Positions 50,826-64,000 of a DNA stretch of 64,000 nucleotides are shown in pieces (position 1 is the first letter of the stretch; each line of letters begins with the position of its first letter). Source of the DNA: Tubiluchus corallicola. Taxonomy: Eukaryota; Animalia; Priapulida. Under the pieces are notes generated by a model. That model ran no database searches. It was not told the DNA's origin and was given only the letters and a program-made list of their open reading frames with translations. The stretch spans positions 59,232 to 123,231 of the forward strand of contig JAQGDQ010000630.1 of assembly GCA_030141605.1 (NCBI GenBank). The letters run 5' to 3'. The position numbers and the translations under genes were made by a program.

Positions 50826-53347
50826 TTACCAGGGCTTGTAATGACGGAAGACGTGGAAAGCCATAGATAACGTTGCCAGCGCCCCAGCAGAGTAACATAG
50901 ACCACGGGCCGGTTGTGGAATGCCGTGTTTGTACACGATAGTGTGAAGGACACGAGACAAGAGGAAAACTCGAAAGTGCCACTTTGCAACCACCGGCGAC
51001 GGCTCAGTCGTCACGTAAAACAATCCTATCAGCACGAATGGAACGATGTTTTCAAGGTCATTCTGGTGAACCCTAAAAACATTTTAAAAAATCAAAGCAA
51101 AACCGGACACAATCTTAAACTGTAGGTCAAAACAATATACTCTTTAAATATTGAAATGGAACAGTATTTGTCCAAAAATCATCGCGTGTTCCTTAAATGA
51201 CAAAGTTCAAAATCTTTCCATTAATGCTAATTAATGTTCATTTATACAGATTAGTTCATTTTACAAATGAAAAAATTATAGAGTCAATTATTGTACTGGC
51301 TAACTGATACAGCAAAGAAGAAGGCATCTTTTTTACTCATCAGTGCTGCCATCTGATAATCGTTAAACATGTATATTATTAGACGAGCCCTCTTTGGGAA
51401 TTTGATAAAGCAGACTAAAATGGAAGGGAAATGAACATGTTGTGCCTAAAACCAAGACTATTTTAGTAAACTGAGTACAATATTATTAAATTATCAAAAG
51501 TGGCCCACACAAAAACAAATTGCACTGAATTGTACTCTGTAGGTGGTATAGCAGAGTACGGTGCTTAGCTGCTGATTCAGAAGTTCTGAGTTCGAAACCC
51601 ACTCATGTTGAGCCATATTTCACTCAAAGAGAACTCTCAGGTAGCCTTCCTAGGTAAGACTCCCTAATTGAATATGAGTCACGTAATGGTGTAAGAAAGG
51701 TGGCCAAGCGATTGGCCAGCAGCATGTTCTCTTTGTGCACCAAGCGTCTGTCTCACTGCCAGATCCACCTCATATGGGGCTTTCTTTTTCCTCTTCTCTT
51801 TGGTGCTAAATATTTCTTTTTCTTCTTCTCTTTGGTGCTAAATATTTCTTTTTCTTCTTCTCTTTGGTGCTAAATATTTCTTTTTCTTCTTCTCGCTGAT
51901 GCTAAAAATTTTTTAGCATCCCTTTATTCTCTTTTTTCTTACAGCCTATCAGGGTTTAATAAGATTTTTAATAAGAGAACACAGGCACATGTTAACTGGA
52001 TTTACCTGCGTACTCGTTCAACATCAGGGTCATTAGTTATTGGTTTGACCTCTGAAAGACTGTATCCACGTGACGTGATGTCCTCGGGGTTTGACCATGC
52101 CTGCAAAGTTCAAATAAATCCGTACGTGGCATATTAGTTAACAGTATGAAAGCAGAAACAATTATCAGAGGAGTCCAAAAAATATTTCACTTTGAATAAC
52201 AGACGGCTTTGCTTTACATACATATAATGCGAAGGCTGTAGTTAAGACGCGTTGCTGTGGTACACTTAACCTTTCCCCTGCAGAACTGTGCTTGCGCACA
52301 ACGAAACTGTGCCTTGTAACTAATTATTTGCCTTGTAACATGTTACAAGCAATAAGCCTTTTCACAGTTTCGTTGTGCGCAAGCACAGTTCTGCACTTTG
52401 CGTTATGTGTGTAAAGCAAAGCAGTCTGTCGCATCAGTTCAGTAACATCTGTTGTTTTACATGGTCTTTACTTAATTATCCACTAGCATATGGATAGAGT
52501 AATTCACTAGCAGGATCTTGCTTGGGAACAGGAAACAATGAACTAGGTAAGGTTCCGGCTAGTTGGTAAAACTGTTACTATTACAACAGCTTGGGTAGTT
52601 GGACTGAGAGGCATTGTTAAGTGTACACAAATACCTTCCTAGTACATTTAACCTTTGACCTTTCCACGATTATCATCAATCGCTGCAAAATGTCTTAAAA
52701 CAGTTTTCAAACTTGTACAAGTTTTCTCACGTATCACAAAAAGAAGTGGATGTGGCAAGTAGCCTGTCTGGGAGCTCGTTACAGTTCTGAGTTCTATACA
52801 GCAGCCAGGTCATACCTTTAAGACTTTAAAAATGGTACCTACAATAGCCCTTCCTGGCACATGGTATTAACGGTAAAAGTGGGGTAATAATACTCTCTGT
52901 TATGCAATTGTAGTTTGTTATTTACAGTCGGCGGTAATAGCTCTTTGAGCTAATGGTAATTACTAATCCAAAAAGCCGACTTTAAAATAAAGATTATTAT
53001 TATACAAGTCAGTTCCGTTGATCAGCAAATGTTCAGGCAGTCACCTCTGCCGCATATACACACATGGCAATTTAACTCACCCATACATGCATCACACAGC
53101 TGTACTTGTTTACACACAACATGATTACATTTGTATTTTTGACAATTCCAATTATTTTCACAATCAAACTTCGAAGAAAGCTGTAGAAGCTCTTCAAAGA
53201 CGTGGAGCATATTCAGCTACACACCTTTTTCTTTCGCCTTGTAATGCTCGTCATTGGTGACATTAACATCATCTTAAAAACAGCAGCAGTGCTGTAGAAT
53301 GCAAAGTCAGCAAATACTTCGTCATCAACGCCAAATACACGCGCCAT
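50826..53347 (-). CDS. MGST1: Microsomal glutathione S-transferase 1 (MAPEG family), 154 aa; exons 53225-53347, 52006-52100, 50826-51072
   Basis: Three exons in frame (465 nt): KMMLMSPMT..R, WSNPED, DPDVERVRRVHQNDLENIVPF, HFRVFLLSRVLHTIVY..PQPARG, the MGST1 signature motifs and length. Confidence 0.93.
52200..52428. repeat. Palindromic (foldback) element in MGST1 intron
   Basis: Perfect 32-bp inverted arms at 52280-52311 and 52363-52394, plus imperfect outer arms. Confidence 0.85.
52808..53003 (+). mobile_element. 5'-truncated, diverged SINE (same family as 8988)
   Basis: Matches the core and 3' part through the ATT tail. Confidence 0.75.
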
Positions 53348-54250
53348 TTTGCCAGATTTTTGCAGATTCAAAGAAAACTGCACAAAAAAAAATCGGAAGT
53401 AAGTTTCAACGGGCACCTGGAATAATTATAAGCAGCAACTTTGACCTTGGCCCGTATTTACTGTTCAAATATTTCATGACACACGTGGCTAGAGCAATAT
53501 GCATAATCTTCGGTAAACTTTGGGAAAACGCTAACGTGCAGAACGCTAAACAGACGACAGTCACTGTGAATGAAATAAATAATACATTGTAGTAAATTAG
53601 TAATTCGATCATCCGTTTTTATTTATTTATTTTTTGATAAAACTCGTTTAAGGTAGTGCAGATAAATAATAATTTTACCACTTTTCAACTTTTAGCAATG
53701 AAATTTTATCTAGCTCACTTCACTGAATTATAGCACTCTTATGTTGTATGTGAAGATAATTTTTTTACTGTATGACTGTACTTGAAAATGAATAATAAAA
53801 AATTCTTTGCACTGATATGGCACTAAATCTTGTACTGATGTGAATTTAATGATTTACTGTCTAGAACATACTGATGTGAATTTAATGATTTACCATCTAG
53901 AACATACTGATGCTTTATAGCAATTAGAATGAGCATCCGAAAAACGTGTTACATAACGCAATCATCGTAATACATAACACACGCTTATCAGCAAAAAACC
54001 TTGATGAACATGACACTTTAGCAGCCGGATCAAAAAATGAATTTGAATGCTTAACAGGGATCTCAACTCACAATGCTATTCCCTGTGGAATACCAGAAAT
54101 TACACCAGTAGGTTTAGAACAGGCTTCATCCAGATCTAACACCATGCATCCTTCCTATCAAGAACAATCTTATGCAAGAATGCAATGAATTCGAGTTTTA
54201 TAGTGCGCAACTTTTGTTAGGTAGCAGTGTCGAAAGCTAAATACAAAGCC

Positions 54251-54676
54251 TGTGGAAATAGTAACTGTATATTTTTAGGTGCTGCCATCTATTAACTAAT
54301 CCTTTTACATTTTACTAGTTAAGCTCATCCCTAGTATAATTGTACGGTCCAGTGAATATGCATATTCACTGGATCTCTCCCTATTTTACAGTAATGGTTT
54401 TTGTGAAGCCAAGTTTGCATAATCACCTATACCTATATATACTGACTGGATTTACTTTCTAGTCACTGACTCACTCTCAATGCAGTGCAGAAGTCGTGCT
54501 ACTCATGTTACTTACTGTCTCACTCTCAGTGCAGTACAGCAGTCGTGCTACTGTCTAACTCTCAGTGTTCAGTGTAGCAGTCATTCTACAGATGTGTATG
54601 TAGTCTAATAAACGCTTTTCAGTTTTGTGCAGATATGTAGTATAGTGTTTTATTCTTTTTCTACAAAGTGATCACA
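54251..54676 (+). mobile_element. Solo LTR-like element, copy 2
   Basis: TGTGG..TCACA with perfect 5-bp TSD AAGCC; TATA-like and AATAAA motifs. Confidence 0.72.
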
Positions 54677-56535
54677 AAGCCAACATATCGATGTGTCCTT
54701 GCCTACCCTCGCCACATGCTAAGTTATGGCAAATAACAGCTGTGTTTTGCAGTGGCACTGTCAATCGCGTAGTGACACTGTCATTTTTTTTGATAACCAA
54801 ACCCAATTTGTACAACCTGTTGTACAATCAATCTTCCATAGACTATCATTCTAAAAGGAAGCGTCTAGAATGTTCCCTGGCACCTATATAAGGCGAAGCA
54901 GGCTGCTGAGAGGGACGCACTCCAGATTTTCACGTTTAATCATTTCGCCTTCTGACTTCTGACTTCGAAAAATAGTGCATTTTTGACAATAAAAAGTTTA
55001 AATTGATGTCATTACTTGTATCGACTGTGCAGCTGCTTATAGCTCAACAAAATCAAACAATAAATACTCCAACAGGTCAATCTCTTGCAGTAAAATTTAT
55101 TTTTACAGTGATTAACTTTCTACAGTAAAAACACAATTATATTACAAAGATACTACCGATTTAGAATCGAGATACAGACCAAATCAATTTTTAGATAAAA
55201 GATAACTAAGCCATCACCACTAGTTATTGACCATTGTGCAAAGACGTCAAGAAGAAAAATTTATGACACTCTTGTCTGTCAAACAAATACAATGAATATT
55301 TTTAACTATTTAACAGAATAGGCAAAACACTAAAATTAATAACTGCAGTATTATCACTTAAATAATTTTGTAAATGTCCCTGTACAACTGACTGAATCAT
55401 TTGTGTGAATCTCCTCGTTGTTTCTATAAGTTATTGCAGTATGTGAAACCACGTAAATTTCATTGTAATAAATTGTTTCCTTACTTACTAAAGCACAACA
55501 GTGAACTGTGCAGCTAGAAAAAGAAGAAACTGCCAAAGAATACAGTTTAAAAAAATTGTGTGAACTGAGCCTAATATTAATTATTTTCAAATTACACAGA
55601 GTTAACGTGCAGTTTCATTTTCCCCATTCCTGCTTCACATAAGCTCTGCTTTCCAGCAGTAACAAATTATTAATAATCTTGCTATACATATTCAAAAAAA
55701 GTAACTTTCGTTCGAGTAACGGACCAACTTTTAACTGGAGATATGTATTACATACATTAGCAGCCGATATAAAAGTTTAATGCAAACAATGTGCTAAAAA
55801 TGAAAGTACCTCGTACTCTGACAAAATCCTTGTCGTGTTTTGTGCAACTTTCTCGGTTTTGTTAGCGCCACACAACAGTAAACGATGAGTACAAAATGCA
55901 AAGACGATAAAAATGGCAAAAACTACAAATAAAAATACTTAATAGTAATTCTTACAAGTAACATTAGCATTAAATTTCAACAATACATGTGTATGACACA
56001 ATAAAGGCACATGCAACGATCACACGACTTTTAAAAGGCATCACTGCAATAAATTACACATAACTAACAGAAAGTCTTACAGAATTTTTTCTGTATTAAA
56101 TTATGCAACACATTTATTAGCAAAGCTATCTGGCAACAGCAGAAATCTTTTGACCTGTAGGCACTTCTCTGCTCTGTCGTTCTTAAAACAAAAAATTGTG
56201 GTTAGTCAACACATCATAGAGCAGAAAACATTGGAATGTTCTGACGCAAGGTTTTGTTGAAACAACAAGCCAAATGCGGAAACATTAAGATCAGGCATCA
56301 GAAAACATTTAACAAAAGTATATCAAACCTCAACGAGAACTGGAATGAAAATTTGTGCTAACCACCTGCCACATTTCACAACGAACATATTCACGCACAC
56401 ACGTCTGATACCTCTTGAGTCACTATATTTGTATCTATTTTTGTGTTATGTTAGTCACAGTATGATAAAAACCTTCCGTCACTTGTGTACAGAAGTACAC
56501 ATTCACCTCTAATTTAGTGACTTGATATTTTCTTT

Positions 56536-57845
56536 AGCCATTCTAACAAAACTTTAGTTTTTGGCTGAAAGTCATATATAGTGAGCAGGCCCCGTATCTT
56601 TGCCCATTCTGAATAAACTTTAGTTTTTGGCCGAAAGTCATATATAGTGAGCAGGCCCTGTATCTTTACGCATTCTGAATAAACTTTAGTTTTTGGCCGA
56701 GAGTCATATATAGTGAGCAGGCCCTGTATCTTTACCCATTCTGAATAAACTTTAGTTTTTGGCCGAAAGTCATAAATAGTGAGCAGGCCCTGTATCTTTA
56801 CCCATTCTGAATAAACTTTAGTTTTTGGCCGAAAGTCATATATAGTGAGCAGGCCCTGTATCTTTACGCATTCTGAATAAACTTTAGTTTTTGGCCGAAA
56901 GTCATATATAGTGAGCAGGCCCTGTATCTTTACCCATTCTGAATAAACTTTAGTTTTTGGCCGAAAGTCATATATAGTGAGCAGGCCCTGTATCTTTACC
57001 CATTCTGAATAAACTTTAGTTTTTGGCCGAAAGTCATATATAGTGAGCAGGCCCTGTATCTTTACGCATTCTGAATAAACTTTAGTTTTTGGCCGAAAGT
57101 CATATATAGCGAGCAGGCCCTGTATCTTTACCCTTTCTGAATAAACTTTAGTTTTTGGCCAAACGTCATATATAGTGAGCAGGCCCTGTATCTTTGCCCA
57201 TTCTGAATAAACTTTAGTTTTTGGCCGAAAGTCATATATAGTGAGCAGGCCCTGTATCTTTGCCCATTCTGAATAAACTTTAGTTTTTGGCCGAAAGTCA
57301 TATATAGTGAGCAGGCCCTGTATCTTTACCCATTCTGAATAAACTTTAGTTTTTGGCCGAAAGTCATATATAGTGAGTAGGCCCTGTATCTTTACCCATT
57401 CTGAATAAACTTTAGTTTTTGGCCGAAAGTCATATATAGTGAGCAGGCCCTGTATCTTTACGCATTTGGAATAAACTTTAGTTTTTGGCCGAAAGTCATA
57501 TATAGTGAGTAGGCCCTGTATCTTTACCCATTCTGAATAAACTTTAGTTTTTGGCCGAAAGTCATATATAGTGAGCAGGCCCTGTATCTTTGAACATTCT
57601 GAATTAACTTTAGTTTTTGGCCGAGAGTCATGTACGGTGAGCAGGCCCGTATCTTTACGCATTCTGAATTAACTTTAGTTTTTGGCCGAGAGTCATATAT
57701 AGTGAGCAGGCCCTGTAATGTTACCCTTTCTGAATAAACTTTAGTTTTTGGCTAAAGGTCCCATAATGCTGAGCGGGCCCTGTATCTTTACCCATTCGGA
57801 ATAAACTTTAGTTTTTGGCTAAAGGTCCCATAATGGTGAGCGGGC
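56536..57845. repeat. 66-bp minisatellite, about 19-20 copies
   Basis: Unit AAACTTTAGTTTTTGGCCGAAAGTCATATATAGTGAGCAGGCCCTGTATCTTTACCCATTCTGAAT. Confidence 0.95.
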
Positions 57846-58447
57846 TTAGCATATTCACACTGAAAGCCATTCCATGTCACTGATCCGCCTAAGCTATCTT
57901 TCTGCTTTCATATTAAATACTAGTTAATGTAATAGTACGAGACAGCCTACCAATCATAGCGAAGCATTCTAATCAAGTCTTAAATTAACTATACAATTTG
58001 AATAGCTTTCAGTGCAAATACGGCCAGTATGAACTATTACATGTATCTGGTCTGCCTAAGCTATTTTTCTGATTTCATACTAAATAATAGTTCATGTAAT
58101 AGTACAAGACAGCCTACCAATCATAGCAGAGCATTCTAGTTGAGTCTTTTAAATTAACTATACAATTTGAATAGGTAAACACGGTTAAGTATGAACTATT
58201 CTATACTAGAAAAACCAATTTTTATTCTCACTAAATCCCTAAAATATAATTAAGTAGTCTACTATTACTTCACTCATCAAAATTAAAATAATGACTAAAT
58301 TCACATTTGCGTATTCGACAATAAATTCATATCACAAGGAATTGGAATCATAGTATAAAAGTAGTACATACAAAACATTTTAATGTAAACTACTAAGTGC
58401 ACAGGATGATAAAGGTACTTTCACAACTTCAGAGAAGGGCTCGGCTT

Positions 58448-62979
<4,532 letters not shown>

Positions 62980-63878
62980 CTGAAACGGAACATTTGCTAA
63001 AATCAAACCGGATCTTGCTCTATATTGAGAAAAATTCTGACTTCCGACTGACTTTATTACAGTTTTACAGCATTTCCTGGATATTTTCCAAACATTTCAC
63101 GCCCACCTGATGTGCTTTTTTAGTTTAATTTTAATAATTTCAAGCAGGTGGCACCACATAGCGTTTAATTCTGATAAAATTAATAATGCCAATATCTTCT
63201 ACAGTGTTGACAGTACTTGTTGTTGCATTACATAAGTACAGTCCAGTTCAGTTTATAACGTTTTATTATACCTACAACATATAAAAGTTTGGCTTAGCAG
63301 CAAACGGCTGCCATAGTTCAGTCATTTGGTCAAAAGTATGGTTACTCCAATGCGACAATATAAATGCAAAACCACGGTAAGTTAAACACACAAAATCGTT
63401 AATATATAATTTATATTGAAAACTTTTCCGAAAACTATAGCGCGAATGACAAGCGGACTCTTTAACGTTATTGCGTTGAACGAAAAAAAAAAAACAGGCT
63501 TTACTTAAACAACTTTTACATGGCATTAATGCATGACTTGCATTTGGGACTCATTAAAATAAAAGAAGGAAAACCAGACATGTTCCTAACCAGATTCGAA
63601 CTCAGGCCTTCTGAACGCCAGGAACTGGGGAATTTAAACTTCTTGTTTGGGAGAACAGTTATAAAGTAATAACTTAACCAAGAAGTAATTACATTCAAAT
63701 CTATCGAAAAATCAATACTCAACTGGGCTGTTAACGAGTACAAAAGACATAATTTTGTATAATGGAAGATGTGCAATAAAAAATTCTATTGCACAATTTG
63801 TCTTGCACAAACAACAGTGGGAAGCAGCTCAAACTATTTCTGGTTAATTACTATGCAACACACACTGTTTCTAATGTA

Positions 63879-64000
63879 CCGTATTTTCCCATGTATAAGA
63901 GACCCTTGTGTATAAGAGACCCCTTCAATTTTTAGGCAAAAATTCTGGAAAAAAGTTTTTTGGTAATGAATAACTTTATTCATCATAGAAATCATTAAAT
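63879..64000. mobile_element. End of a Tc1/pogo MITE (family of 60322-60759), runs off the window
   Basis: TA|CCGTATTTTCCCATGTATAAGAGACCC. Confidence 0.75.

Noticed and set aside
63272-63526. Additional SMC5 exon
   Set aside because: No convincing SMC5 coiled-coil similarity or splice sites; the upstream exons probably lie beyond 64000.

Overview
AT-rich, intron-containing eukaryotic DNA, most likely from an invertebrate animal; no prokaryotic features and no CRISPR array. I assembled five protein-coding genes by hand from GT..AG junctions and frame continuity: NUDT8-like Nudix CoA pyrophosphatase (-, 4 coding exons), an intronless GT10 alpha-1,3-fucosyltransferase (+), an 11-exon MFSD8/CLN7-like MFS transporter spanning about 26 kb (-), MGST1 (-, 3 coding exons) and the last four exons of SMC5 (-, continuing beyond the window). 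Introns and intergenic DNA are filled with non-autonomous hAT, Tc1/pogo and piggyBac elements (many with readable TSDs, some nested), tRNA-derived SINEs, LINE remnants, solo LTRs, and micro- and minisatellites. Most notable observations: (1) a 137-bp hairpin satellite present in introns of two genes that looks like an amplified LINE 3' stem-loop and hides a consensus splice donor; (2) a stop-terminated duplicate of MFSD8-like exon 4 with an intact acceptor; (3) a 44-bp repeat that multiplies an exon's splice donor five times; (4) a 78-bp repeat carrying four DR1 plus four CLEAR-like E-box motifs; (5) two Tc1/pogo MITEs flanked by 60-82-bp duplications instead of TA alone. All family assignments come from motif recognition, not database searches, and none of these observations is shown to be a new system.
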